The translations under genes and the position numbers were made by a program. The notes beneath the pieces were generated by a model, which was not told where the DNA came from, did no database searches, and was given only the letters and a program-made list of their open reading frames with translations. This document shows, piece after piece, positions 1 to 8,506 of a stretch of 53,575 bases of DNA. Source of the stretch: Gemmatimonadota bacterium. Its GTDB lineage: Bacteria > Gemmatimonadota > Gemmatimonadetes > Gemmatimonadales > JACORV01. The stretch covers positions 1 to 53,575 of the forward strand of contig JACQVG010000117.1 of NCBI GenBank assembly GCA_016209905.1, read 5' to 3'. Each line of letters begins with the position of its first letter. Within the stretch, counting starts at the first letter, position 1.

Positions 1-1
1 G

Positions 2-175
2 GAGATGTACGCGCAGCAGGAGGAGCGGGACGAGATGGCGGGACAGGCGGAGGTGATCATCGGCAAGCAGCGCAACGGGCCGACGGGCACCGTGAAGCTT
101 TACTTCCACAGCTCGTACACCCGCTTTGACAACTACAGCGCGCGGGAGGCGGAGGGCACGGGGAGTGGCCGGTAA
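2..175 (+). CDS. dnaB: replicative DNA helicase DnaB, C-terminal fragment (5' end outside window)
   Basis: The frame is open from the window edge and translates to ...QAEVIIGKQRNGPTGTVKLYFHSSYTRFDNYS..., the typical DnaB C-terminal KQRNGPTG...F.N signature. Stop TAA at 173-175. It is absent from the ORF track because no start lies in the window. Confidence 0.85.
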   Translation, partial: EMYAQQEERDEMAGQAEVIIGKQRNGPTGTVKLYFHSSYTRFDNYSAREAEGTGSGR

Positions 176-1535
176 GCCGCGCTCGGTCTACCGCTGTACG
201 AGCTGCGGGGCCGACCAGCCCAAGTGGAGCGGCCGCTGCGAGGCATGCGGAGAGTGGAACTCGCTGGTCGAGGAGGTGGTAGCCGTGCGAGCGGCCGCCA
301 GACGCCCGCGCGCCGCGCCGCCGGACGGGGGGCCGCCGCCGGTCAGGCTGGACGCCGTTGCAGCGGACGCGGCGCCGCGCTACAAGACGGCGCTCGCGGA
401 GTTCGACTACGTGCTCGGCGGCGGCATCGTGCCGGGCTCGCTGGTGCTGGTCGGCGGCGAGCCCGGGATCGGCAAGTCCACGCTGCTTCTGCAGTGCGCC
501 GCGCGCCTCGAGGCCGCGGGCGTCCGCACTCTGTACGCGAGCGGAGAGGAGTCGCCGGAGCAGATCCGGCTGCGCGCCGACCGGCTCGCCGAGCCGGCGG
601 GCGCGGTGACCGTCCTGGCCGAGACGCTGCTCGAGCGCGTGGTCGCCCAGGCGGCGGCGCTCGGCGCGCGGGTCGTCGTCGTGGACTCCATCCAGACCGC
701 GTACACCGCGGACCTCGAAGGGGCGCCGGGCAACGTGGGCCAGGTGCGCGAGTGCGCGGCCCGCCTCATGCGCTTCGCCAAGGAATCGGGGCCGGCCGTG
801 CTGCTCGTCGGCCATGTGACCAAGGGCGGCGGCATCGCGGGTCCCAAGACGCTGGAGCACATCGTGGACACGGTGCTCTACTTCGAGGGCGAAAGCGCGC
901 TCGACCACCGGATTCTCCGGGCGACCAAGAACCGGTTCGGCAGCGTGGACGAGGTGGGCGTGTTCGAGATGACGGCGTCGGGCCTGCTCCCCGTCGCCAA
1001 CCCCTCGGCCGCGTTCCTCGCGGCGCGGCACGCGGGGATCTCGGGGAGCGCGGTGACCGCGCTCATGGAGGGGACGCGACCCATGCTGATCGAGATCCAG
1101 GCGCTGGCGTCGCGCGCCGGATTCGGCACGCCGCAGCGGGTGAGCGCGGGCCTCGACCACCGCCGCCTCGCCGTCCTGCTCGCGGTGCTCGAGCGACGCG
1201 CCGGCCTGACGTTCACCGCGCTCGACGTCTTCGTGAACGTGGTCGGCGGGATGCGCCTGAGCGAGCCCTCGAGCGATCTGGCGGTGGCGGCGGCCCTCAT
1301 CTCCAGCGTGCGGGACCGCGCGGTGCCGCCGGAAGCCCTCTTCCTGGGGGAGATCGGCCTGGGCGGCGAGGTCCGCGCGGTGGCCGCCCTGGACCGGCGG
1401 CTCGCGGAAGCGGCCCGGCACGGCTTCCGGCGCGCCTTCGTCGGCTCGCGGACCGGGCTCAAGGCGCCGCCGGAGGAGGTCGAGCTGGTCCGGATCGCGC
1501 ACGTGGGGGAGTTGTCCCATCGGCTCGCTGCCTGA
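165..1535 (+). CDS. radA: DNA repair protein RadA/Sms
   Basis: ORF track 126..1535. Zinc finger YRCTSCG..GRCEACGEWN, Walker A GGEPGIGKST, KNRFG motif and a Lon-like C-terminal domain. The likely start is GTG 165 (VAGKPRSVYRC), overlapping the dnaB stop. Confidence 0.93.
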   Translation: MAGKPRSVYRCTSCGADQPKWSGRCEACGEWNSLVEEVVAVRAAARRPRAAPPDGGPPPVRLDAVAADAAPRYKTALAEFDYVLGGGIVPGSLVLVGGEPGIGKSTLLLQCAARLEAAGVRTLYASGEESPEQIRLRADRLAEPAGAVTVLAETLLERVVAQAAALGARVVVVDSIQTAYTADLEGAPGNVGQVRECAARLMRFAKESGPAVLLVGHVTKGGGIAGPKTLEHIVDTVLYFEGESALDHRILRATKNRFGSVDEVGVFEMTASGLLPVANPSAAFLAARHAGISGSAVTALMEGTRPMLIEIQALASRAGFGTPQRVSAGLDHRRLAVLLAVLERRAGLTFTALDVFVNVVGGMRLSEPSSDLAVAAALISSVRDRAVPPEALFLGEIGLGGEVRAVAALDRRLAEAARHGFRRAFVGSRTGLKAPPEEVELVRIAHVGELSHRLAA

Positions 1536-2235
1536 CGCCGGCGCGATCGTCGTCGCGGCCGGGCGCGGCCTCCGCGCGGCGGAAGGCGACGCGGGGGAAC
1601 CCAAGCAGTACCGCCCGATCGGCGGCGTGCGCATGCTGCTCCGCGCCATCCGGCCGTTCGCGCAGCATCCCCGCGTGGGGCCGATCGTCGTCGTGCTCCC
1701 GCCGCAGGACGCGGCGCGCCCGCCGGCGTGGCTGCAGCCGCTCCTCTCGGACCGGCTCCTCGTCGCGGCGGGCGGCGAGGAGCGCCAGCAATCGGTGGCG
1801 AACGGCCTGGCCCGCCTCCCACCCGAGGCGGCCCTCGTGCTGGTGCATGATGCCGCGCGCCCCTTCGTCGAACGCGAGTTAATCGACCGGGTCCTCGCCG
1901 TGGCGGCCCTGGGCGCCGCCGCGGTGCCGGGCCTGCCCCTCGCTGACACCGTCAAGGAGGTGGACACCGCCGGCCTGATCGTGCGCACCGTCCCGCGAGA
2001 GCGCCTGGTAGCGGTGCAGACCCCGCAGGCCTTCCCGCGCGTCATGCTGGAGACGGCGCACCAACGCGCCCGGGGCGATGCGTCCGCGGCAACCGCGAGC
2101 GACGACGCCGCGCTGTGCGAGCGGCTCGGGCACCCGATCCGCGTCGTCGCCGGCAGCACCCGGAACATCAAGGTGACGACCCGGGAGGACTTCCCCATCG
2201 CCGAGGCGCTGGCCACGCTCGCACCGGACGCATGA
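1528..2235 (+). CDS. ispD: 2-C-methyl-D-erythritol 4-phosphate cytidylyltransferase IspD
   Basis: ORF track 1627..2235 (VHDAARPF, VQTPQAF, IKVTTREDF). The conserved N-terminal motif AIVVAAGRGLR is encoded in frame at 1543-1575, upstream of the first canonical start (GTG 1627). The 5' end is therefore set at CTG 1528, and this start is uncertain. Confidence 0.85.
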   Translation: MPDAGAIVVAAGRGLRAAEGDAGEPKQYRPIGGVRMLLRAIRPFAQHPRVGPIVVVLPPQDAARPPAWLQPLLSDRLLVAAGGEERQQSVANGLARLPPEAALVLVHDAARPFVERELIDRVLAVAALGAAAVPGLPLADTVKEVDTAGLIVRTVPRERLVAVQTPQAFPRVMLETAHQRARGDASAATASDDAALCERLGHPIRVVAGSTRNIKVTTREDFPIAEALATLAPDA

Positions 2236-2879
2236 TCCCCTTCCGCACCCCGGGCGAGGTGGCGGCGGCCATCCCGCAGGTCGTCGCCCACCTGGTGCGG
2301 CGCGGCATCATCGCCTATCCGACGGAGACGGTGTACGGGCTTGGTTCCGCCGTCGCGCCGCCCGCGGTCGAACGGCTCGCCGCGCTCAAGGGCCGGGCCG
2401 CTGGCAAGCCGTTTCTGCTCCTGGTGGCCGACCGCGCGATGCTCGAGGGCGTGGGGCTCCGGCTGACCGAGGCGGCGGAGCGCTTCGCCGCCGCCTTTTG
2501 GCCCGGACCCCTCACGCTCGTGTTGCCCGGAGGAGAGGGGACGCTGCCGGACCTCGTGCGCGGACCCGAGGGCGGCGTGGCCGTGCGCTGGACGTCGCAC
2601 CTCGGGATCGCCAGCCTCCTCGCCACGCTCGGCTCGCCGATCACGTCAACCAGCGCGAACCGGCCGCGACAGCCGCCGGCAACGGACGCGGCAGCCGTCA
2701 CGGACGCCTTTGCGACGTCGCTGGCCGACGGCACCCTCCTCGTGCTGGACGCCGGACCGCTGACGCCGTCGCCCTCCTCCACGCTGGTGGATTGTACGGG
2801 CCCCGCGCCGCGGGTCATCCGGGAAGGCGCCATCCCCACGGCACGGCTCCGCGCGGTCGTCCCGTCGCTCCTCGTCTAG
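2232..2879 (+). CDS. tsaC: L-threonylcarbamoyladenylate synthase (TsaC/YrdC/Sua5 family)
   Basis: Lies within ORF 2115..2879. ATG 2232 forms an ATGA overlap with the ispD stop. Motifs YPTETVYGLG and STSANRPRQPP are typical of the YrdC fold. Confidence 0.85.
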   Translation: MIPFRTPGEVAAAIPQVVAHLVRRGIIAYPTETVYGLGSAVAPPAVERLAALKGRAAGKPFLLLVADRAMLEGVGLRLTEAAERFAAAFWPGPLTLVLPGGEGTLPDLVRGPEGGVAVRWTSHLGIASLLATLGSPITSTSANRPRQPPATDAAAVTDAFATSLADGTLLVLDAGPLTPSPSSTLVDCTGPAPRVIREGAIPTARLRAVVPSLLV

Positions 2880-2882
2880 CGC

Positions 2883-3374
2883 GTGAAGCTGCTCTTCGTT
2901 TGCACGGGGAACATCTGCCGAAGCCCGATGGCGGCTGCGATCATGCGGCGCCTCCTCGACGAACGGGGGGGGCGGGGGGGGTCGGACGTCGAGGTGGTTT
3001 CGGCCGGCACCGCGGCCTACGACGGGGCACCGGCGTCGGAGGGCAGTTACCTCGTCGCCCTGGAACACGGCCTCGACCTGTCGCCGCACCGCGCACGGGC
3101 ACTGAGCGCGGAGGCGGTGGCCGAGGCGGACCTCATCCTGGGCATGGGGGTGCACCACGTAGAGCGGGCGGAAGCGCTCGGCGGCACCGGGCGGACCCAT
3201 CTGCTCGGCGCCTATGCCGGCCGGCCTCCCGATGAGGGGCAGGTCAGCGACCCTTTCGGCGGCGACCTCGAGGAGTATCGCGGCACTTACGGCCGGCTCC
3301 AGGAGCTGCTCGTGATCGCGGTGGAGCGATTGATGAAGGAAAAGGGCGGGCGTGAGGCTCAAGGCGACCAGTAG
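2883..3374 (+). CDS. low-molecular-weight protein tyrosine phosphatase family protein
   Basis: ORF 2883..3374. P-loop LFVCTGNICRSPMA (CX5RS) and a downstream SDPFGG acid loop. Contains the GGRGG insertion encoded by the G8-C-G8 tract. Confidence 0.85.
   Translation: MKLLFVCTGNICRSPMAAAIMRRLLDERGGRGGSDVEVVSAGTAAYDGAPASEGSYLVALEHGLDLSPHRARALSAEAVAEADLILGMGVHHVERAEALGGTGRTHLLGAYAGRPPDEGQVSDPFGGDLEEYRGTYGRLQELLVIAVERLMKEKGGREAQGDQ
2965..2981 (+). repeat. G8-C-G8 homopolymer pair inside the LMW phosphatase CDS
   Basis: Read directly: GGGGGGGG (2965-2972), C (2973), GGGGGGGG (2974-2981), on the coding strand. It encodes GGRGG. Confidence 0.95.
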
Positions 3375-4182
3375 GCTCCTCGCCGTCATCGGCGATCCGG
3401 TGGCGCACTCCCTCTCTCCCGCGATGCACAACGCGGCGATCGCGGCGCTGGGGCTCGACGCGGTCTACGTCGGCGTGCGGGCGACGGCGGCGACTTTCGC
3501 GAGCGTCGTGCGCGGGCTGCTCGCCGCGGGGGGCGCGGTGAACGTCACCGTGCCGTTCAAGCGCGACGCGGCGGAGCTCGTCGCAGCGCCCACCGACGCC
3601 GTGCGGCGCACCGGAGCGTGTAACACGCTCTGGGGCGAGCCGGACGGTCCCGCGGGCGACAACACCGACGTCGCCGGAGTGGGGGAGGCGGCACGCACAC
3701 TGCTCGGCAGCGACGAGGTCGAGCGGGCGGTGATCGTCGGGACGGGCGGCTCGGCGCGCGCCGCAGCGGTCGCCCTCGCCGAGCGGTGGCCCGGCGCGAC
3801 GGTGGCGATCGTCTCGCGGGACGCGTCGCGCGCGGCCGCCTTTGCAGCGTGGGCGGTGACGGTGGGAGTCCGCTGTGGGGCGCCGGCGGAAGGGCCCGTG
3901 GATCTGATCGTCAACGCCACGCCGCTCGGGTTGCGCGGCGACGACCCGATGCCGCTGGATCCGGCACAGCTGGAACGGTACCGGCCCCGCGCAGTGCTCG
4001 ACCTGGCCTACGCCAAAGGCGGCACGGAGCTGGTGCGGGTGGCGCGTGCGTCGGGCGCGCGCGCCGCCGACGGGCGCGGCGTGCTCGTCACCCAGGGAGC
4101 CGCGGCGTTCAGGCACTTCTTCGGCGTGGAGCCGCCCATCGAAGTTCTGCGCGCAGCGGTGGAGGATGCCCTTGGTCCGTAG
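3352..4182 (+). CDS. aroE: shikimate dehydrogenase
   Basis: ORF 3352..4182. Motifs SLSPAMHNAA, NVTVPFK, NTD and Rossmann GTGGSARA. Overlaps the upstream gene by 23 nt. Confidence 0.9.
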   Translation: MRLKATSRLLAVIGDPVAHSLSPAMHNAAIAALGLDAVYVGVRATAATFASVVRGLLAAGGAVNVTVPFKRDAAELVAAPTDAVRRTGACNTLWGEPDGPAGDNTDVAGVGEAARTLLGSDEVERAVIVGTGGSARAAAVALAERWPGATVAIVSRDASRAAAFAAWAVTVGVRCGAPAEGPVDLIVNATPLGLRGDDPMPLDPAQLERYRPRAVLDLAYAKGGTELVRVARASGARAADGRGVLVTQGAAAFRHFFGVEPPIEVLRAAVEDALGP

Positions 4183-4990
4183 TATCTTGGCGGCGGCGAG
4201 GCAAACGCTGCTCGACGTCGAGGCGCTGCTGCTGCCGGTGGCCTGCCTCGGCTGCGAGCGGCCGCTGCCGCCGACCGAGGAACGAGGCGGCTGCTGCGCG
4301 CTCTGCCGCTACCGAATGCGACCGATCGCCCCGCCGGTGTGCGCGCGCTGCGGGCAGCCGGTGGATCGCTGGGACACCGCGACCGGCCGCCGCGCCGGCG
4401 CACCGGTTCGGCGGGAAGGGCCGGTGGAGCCGGGTCCGGCTGCGGCGCGACGAGGGAACTGCGCGTGGTGTCGGTCCTGGCCGGCCGAGCTTGGGTGGGC
4501 CGCCTCGGCCGTGTGGCTCGAGCCGGGGGCCGCGCGCCATCTCGTCCACGCACTCAAGTACGGCGGCTGGCAGTGCGCCGCGGTGCCGATGGCGGAGCTG
4601 ATGGTGCGCGAGTGTGGCGCGTCACTGCGCGCTGTGGACGTGCTCGTGCCGATACCCCTCGGCCGCGTCCGCGAGCGCGAGCGGGGGCACAACCAGGCGG
4701 CCGAACTCGCGCTGGCGCTGGGCGCCCTCACCGGCATTCCGGTCGAGCGCGAGGCGCTGGTCCGCTCGCGCGAGACCCGGACCCAGACGGCGCTCGCCCC
4801 GGCTGAGCGGTGGCGTAACCTGGCTGGGGCCTTCCGCGCCACCGGCCCGCTTGGCGCGAGGCGCGTGGCGCTGGTGGACGATGTCACCACTACCGGGGCG
4901 ACGCTGGCCTCGGCCGCCGCAGCGCTCGCGTCCGCGGAGCCCGGAATCATCGGCGCGGTCACCTTTGCGCGGGCGAGCGTTCCGGCGTGA
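4166..4990 (+). CDS. comF: ComF family protein (phosphoribosyltransferase domain)
   Basis: Lies within ORF 4046..4990. ATG 4166 (MPLVRS). Has N-terminal Cys pairs (CLGCERPL, CALCRY, CARCGQP, CAWC) and the PRTase motif VALVDDVTTTGATL. Confidence 0.8.
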   Translation: MPLVRSILAAARQTLLDVEALLLPVACLGCERPLPPTEERGGCCALCRYRMRPIAPPVCARCGQPVDRWDTATGRRAGAPVRREGPVEPGPAAARRGNCAWCRSWPAELGWAASAVWLEPGAARHLVHALKYGGWQCAAVPMAELMVRECGASLRAVDVLVPIPLGRVRERERGHNQAAELALALGALTGIPVEREALVRSRETRTQTALAPAERWRNLAGAFRATGPLGARRVALVDDVTTTGATLASAAAALASAEPGIIGAVTFARASVPA

Positions 4991-5086
4991 TCCGACCCGG
5001 CTGGGCCCGGCGCTTCGCCTCGCGCGAGCCGGCCCGCCGCCGGCTGCCCGCCGGCGCATGACCGCTTTCAATCGAGGAGATCCATC

Positions 5087-6100
5087 ATGGCCGTGCCGGT
5101 CGGGATAAACGGTTTCGGACGGATCGGGCGCCTGGCGCTGCGGGCGGCCCTGAAATCGCGGCGACCGAACCTCGAGTTCATCGCGGTCAACGACATCACC
5201 GACACGGCGACGCTCGCGCACCTGTTCAAGTACGACTCGGTGCACGGGAAGTTCGAGGGCGAGGTCGCGGCCGGGCCGGACCACCTCGTGATCAACGGGA
5301 GGACGATCAGGGTCACCGCCGAGCGCGAGCCCGCGAAGCTGCCGTGGAAGGATCTCGGCGTGGCGATCGTGCTCGAGTCGAGCGGCCGCTTCACCGACCG
5401 CGAGCAGGCCTCGGCGCATTTCGCCGCAGGGGCCCGCAAGGTCGTCATCTCGGCGCCGGCCAAGGGCGAGGACCTCACGGTCGTGATGGGCGTGAACCAC
5501 GACCGGTACGATCCCGCCACGCATCACCTGGTGTCCAACGCCTCGTGCACCACCAACTGTCTGGTGCCGGTGGTGAAGGTCCTGCGGGACGCCTTCGGCT
5601 TCGCGCGCGGGTTCATGACCACGGTGCACGCCTACACCAACGACCAGAACATCCTCGACCTGCCGCACAAGGACCTGCGGCGGGCGAGGGCGGCGGCGAT
5701 GAGCATCATCCCGACCACGACTGGTGCCGCGAAGGCGACGTCCCTGGTGATCCCGGAGGTCAAGGGAAAGATCGACGGAGTGGCGCTGCGGGTGCCGGTC
5801 GCCGACGTCTCCTCGGTGAGCCTGACGGCCGTGGTCGAGCGGCCCACCACGGTCGCCGAGGTGAACGAAGCCTTCCGAAGGGCCGCAGCGAGCGCGCCGC
5901 TCTTGGGGATCCTCGAGGTCACGGACGAGCCCCTCGTGTCGGCCGACTTCATCGGGAACCCCGCTTCCTCGACCGTGGACCTGGCCAGCACGAACGTCGT
6001 GGACGGCACGCTGGTGCAGGTCGCCTCGTGGTACGACAACGAGTGGGGCTACGCCATGCGCTGCGTAGACCTGCTCGACTACGTGGCGGCGCGGCTCTGA
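5087..6100 (+). CDS. gap: type I glyceraldehyde-3-phosphate dehydrogenase
   Basis: ORF 5087..6100. Motifs INGFGRIGR and active site [10 protein letters not shown], with WYDNEWGY at the C-terminus. SD GAGGAG lies upstream. Confidence 0.97.
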   Translation: MAVPVGINGFGRIGRLALRAALKSRRPNLEFIAVNDITDTATLAHLFKYDSVHGKFEGEVAAGPDHLVINGRTIRVTAEREPAKLPWKDLGVAIVLESSGRFTDREQASAHFAAGARKVVISAPAKGEDLTVVMGVNHDRYDPATHHLVSNASCTTNCLVPVVKVLRDAFGFARGFMTTVHAYTNDQNILDLPHKDLRRARAAAMSIIPTTTGAAKATSLVIPEVKGKIDGVALRVPVADVSSVSLTAVVERPTTVAEVNEAFRRAAASAPLLGILEVTDEPLVSADFIGNPASSTVDLASTNVVDGTLVQVASWYDNEWGYAMRCVDLLDYVAARL

Positions 6101-7302
6101 TCGACCGCCGGACCGTCGCCGATCTCGACCCCGGCGCGGTGGAGGGCCGACGCGCGCTGGTGCGGGTGGACTTCAATGTTCCCGTCCGCGACGGGGTCGT
6201 GACGGACGATACCCGAATCCGCGCAGCCCTGCCCACCATCCGCAGGCTCAAGGACCTCGGGTCCCGGGTGGTGATCCTGTCCCACCTCGGTCGTCCCAGC
6301 GGCGGCGGCCCGGAGCTGAACTACTCGCTTCGGCCGGTGTCCCGGACACTGGAGACGCTGCTCGGGAGCCCGGTGACCTTCATCGAGGACCCGGTGCAGG
6401 CGGACGCGATCCGGACGACGCGGCAGATGCCGCGGGGCGCCGTCGCGCTGGTCGAGAACACGCGGTTCCAGCCGGGTGAGGAGACGAACGACGCGGCCAC
6501 CGCCGAGCGCTTCGCCGCGCTGGGCGACTTCTTCGTCAACGACGCCTTCGGCTCGGCGCACCGGGCTCACGCGTCCACGGAGGGCGTCGCCCACCTGCTC
6601 AAGCCCGCCGTCGCCGGTCTGCTCATGGAGAGGGAGCTCGAGTACCTCGGCGGAGTCCTCGCTCATCCCGATCGGCCGTTCGTGGCGGTGTTGGGCGGCG
6701 TCAAGATCTCGGGCAAGATCGAGGTGATCCGAAACCTGCTCCCGCTCGTGGATCACGTCTTGGTCGGCGGGGCGATGGCCGCGACCTTCTTCCGCGCCAA
6801 AGGGGCCGGCACGGGCGCCAGTCTGGTGGAAGAGGATCGCGTCGAGCTGGCGGCCGAGCTACTCGCGCGGGCGGCCGACAAGATCGTGCTTCCCGATGGG
6901 GCCGTGGTCGCGGAGGCGCTCGACCGCTCGGACGCCCGCCGGGAAGTTGCGTGGGACGCGCTGCCCGACGGCTGGGCGATGTACGACATCGACCGTCCTA
7001 CGTGCGAGCGCTTCGCCGCCATCATCACAGGCGCCAAGACGGTGGTGTGGAACGGACCCATGGGTGTGTTCGAGACGCCGCCCTTCGACGAGGGGACGGC
7101 CGCGATCGCGCGGGCCATGGCGGATGCGACCGCGGCCGGCGCGGTCACCGTGGTGGGCGGGGGCGACTCGGTGGCCGCCATCGCCGAGCTGGGCCTCGCC
7201 GACCGGGTGAGCCACGTCTCGACCGGCGGCGGCGCGTCTCTCGAGTTCCTGGAGGGCAGAGTCCTGCCCGGAGTCGCCGCGCTCGACCGGCGGGTGGCGT
7301 GA
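6097..7302 (+). CDS. pgk: phosphoglycerate kinase
   Basis: Lies within ORF 5344..7302. Motifs [31 protein letters not shown] and VVGGGDS. Homology begins at [11 protein letters not shown] (CTG 6097, a CTGA overlap with the gap stop). Canonical alternatives are GTG 6043 or GTG 6139. Confidence 0.9.
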   Translation: MIDRRTVADLDPGAVEGRRALVRVDFNVPVRDGVVTDDTRIRAALPTIRRLKDLGSRVVILSHLGRPSGGGPELNYSLRPVSRTLETLLGSPVTFIEDPVQADAIRTTRQMPRGAVALVENTRFQPGEETNDAATAERFAALGDFFVNDAFGSAHRAHASTEGVAHLLKPAVAGLLMERELEYLGGVLAHPDRPFVAVLGGVKISGKIEVIRNLLPLVDHVLVGGAMAATFFRAKGAGTGASLVEEDRVELAAELLARAADKIVLPDGAVVAEALDRSDARREVAWDALPDGWAMYDIDRPTCERFAAIITGAKTVVWNGPMGVFETPPFDEGTAAIARAMADATAAGAVTVVGGGDSVAAIAELGLADRVSHVSTGGGASLEFLEGRVLPGVAALDRRVA

Positions 7303-8057
7303 TGACCATCTTCGCCGCGAACTGGAAGATGCACCACGGCCCGGCCGGAGCGCGGGAGCTCGTACGGAGCGTGCTCGCGCGGGTCCGCCCCCGCGAGGAT
7401 CGGAAACTCCTCTTCTTTCCGCCGGCCGTCTCGCTTGCCGCCGTGGCCGAGGAAGTGAAAGGCCGGCACGACGCGGCCGCGGGTGCGCAGAACGTGTACT
7501 GGGAGCCGAAGGGCGCCTACACGGGCGAGGTCTCGGCCGCGCTCGCGGCGGAGGCGGGCGCGACCTGGGCACTCGCGGGACACTCCGAACGTCGCCACAA
7601 GTTCGGCGAGACCGACGAGGAGACGGGCAAGAAGGTGCGCGCGGCCCTCGCGGCCAACCTCGCGCCGATGCTCTGCGTCGGGGAAAAACTCGACGAGCGC
7701 GAGACAGGCCGGACCGAGGGCGTCGTGGTGCGCCAGCTGGCGGCAGGCCTGGACGGTCTCGACTCCGGAGCGCTCGGTAGGGTCACGATCGCCTACGAGC
7801 CCGTGTGGGCCATCGGCACGGGCGTGAACGCCACGCCGCGCGACGCGGCAGCCGTGCACCGCACGATCCGGCGCTGGCTGAGCGAGCGCTCGCCCGCCGG
7901 CACCCGCCACAGGATCCTCTACGGCGGCTCCGTGAGCGCGGCGAACGCGGAATCGCTCCTCGCCGAGCACGAGCTGGACGGCGTCCTCGTCGGGGGCGCG
8001 AGCCTCGACGCCGAGAGCTGGATCGGCATCGTCAGCACGCCGAGGCCGGAGCGCTGA
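7302..8057 (+). CDS. tpiA: triose-phosphate isomerase
   Basis: Lies within ORF 6951..8057. ATG 7302 ([11 protein letters not shown]) abuts the pgk stop. Motifs [11 protein letters not shown] and VGGASL. Confidence 0.95.
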   Translation: MTIFAANWKMHHGPAGARELVRSVLARVRPREDRKLLFFPPAVSLAAVAEEVKGRHDAAAGAQNVYWEPKGAYTGEVSAALAAEAGATWALAGHSERRHKFGETDEETGKKVRAALAANLAPMLCVGEKLDERETGRTEGVVVRQLAAGLDGLDSGALGRVTIAYEPVWAIGTGVNATPRDAAAVHRTIRRWLSERSPAGTRHRILYGGSVSAANAESLLAEHELDGVLVGGASLDAESWIGIVSTPRPER

Positions 8058-8066
8058 TCGGATCGG

Positions 8067-8096
8067 TTGACCCTCGACCTTATGCCCGGCTAGATT
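8067..8096 (+). promoter_or_regulatory. sigma70-like promoter for secG (-35 TTGACC, 18 nt spacer, -10 TAGATT)
   Basis: TTGACC at 8067-8072 and TAGATT at 8091-8096. The GTG start at 8106 lies only 9 nt after the -10. Confidence 0.5.
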
Positions 8097-8105
8097 CCCG
8101 CCCGC

Positions 8106-8501
8106 GTGTACACTGTCTTCTTGGCCCTTCTGGTCCTCGACGCCATCATGCTGACGGCGGCGGTCCTGCTCCAGGCCGGGCAGGGCGGCGGGCTTGCGGC
8201 GTCGTTCGGCGGCGCCTCCTCGACGGACGCGTTCGTCGGCGGGCGCCAGGCGGCCACGATCCTGACCAAGGCCAGCTGGTGGGGTGGGGGGGTCTTCCTC
8301 TTTCTGTGCTTCTTGCTCCAGATGATCTCGTCCCGCGGCTCCACCCCGCGCTCGATCCTGGAGCGGCAATTCCAGCAACAGCAGCAGGAAGCTCCACCAC
8401 CTCCGCTGGCTCCGCTGCCTCTCGAGGGCGCCGCACCAGGTACGGGGGACCAGGCGCCCGCCGCTCCCGGCGGCAGCGCACCGCGCGCGCCGGCGCGCTG
8501 A
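8106..8501 (+). CDS. secG: preprotein translocase subunit SecG
   Basis: ORF 8106..8501 starting at GTG. Has an N-terminal TM helix followed by [16 protein letters not shown], a second TM helix and a Pro/Ala-rich tail. The position after gap-pgk-tpiA is classical. Confidence 0.85.
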   Translation: MYTVFLALLVLDAIMLTAAVLLQAGQGGGLAASFGGASSTDAFVGGRQAATILTKASWWGGGVFLFLCFLLQMISSRGSTPRSILERQFQQQQQEAPPPPLAPLPLEGAAPGTGDQAPAAPGGSAPRAPAR

Positions 8502-8506
8502 GACCC

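Noticed and set aside
224-1882. A 552-aa ORF in an alternative + frame.
   Set aside because: It overlaps radA and ispD out of frame. It is Arg/Gly-rich with no recognisable motif and is a GC-driven shadow ORF.
57-2600. An 847-aa ORF on the minus strand.
   Set aside because: It runs antisense to radA, ispD and tsaC, all of which have clear family motifs. Its translation is Arg/Ala/Gly/Pro-rich low-complexity sequence, typical of stop-poor shadow frames in very GC-rich DNA.
2965-2981. The G8-C-G8 tract as evidence of a frameshifted pseudogene or assembly error.
   Set aside because: The phosphatase frame stays open across it, and conserved motifs are in frame on both sides (CX5R before, DPFGG after). 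It is kept as a finding only for possible phase variation or G4 formation.
4991-5086. A GC-rich imperfect hairpin (GGGCCCGGC...GCCGGCCC) after comF as a terminator.
   Set aside because: The stem needs a bulge and has no T-tract. It cannot be distinguished from chance palindromy in GC-rich DNA.
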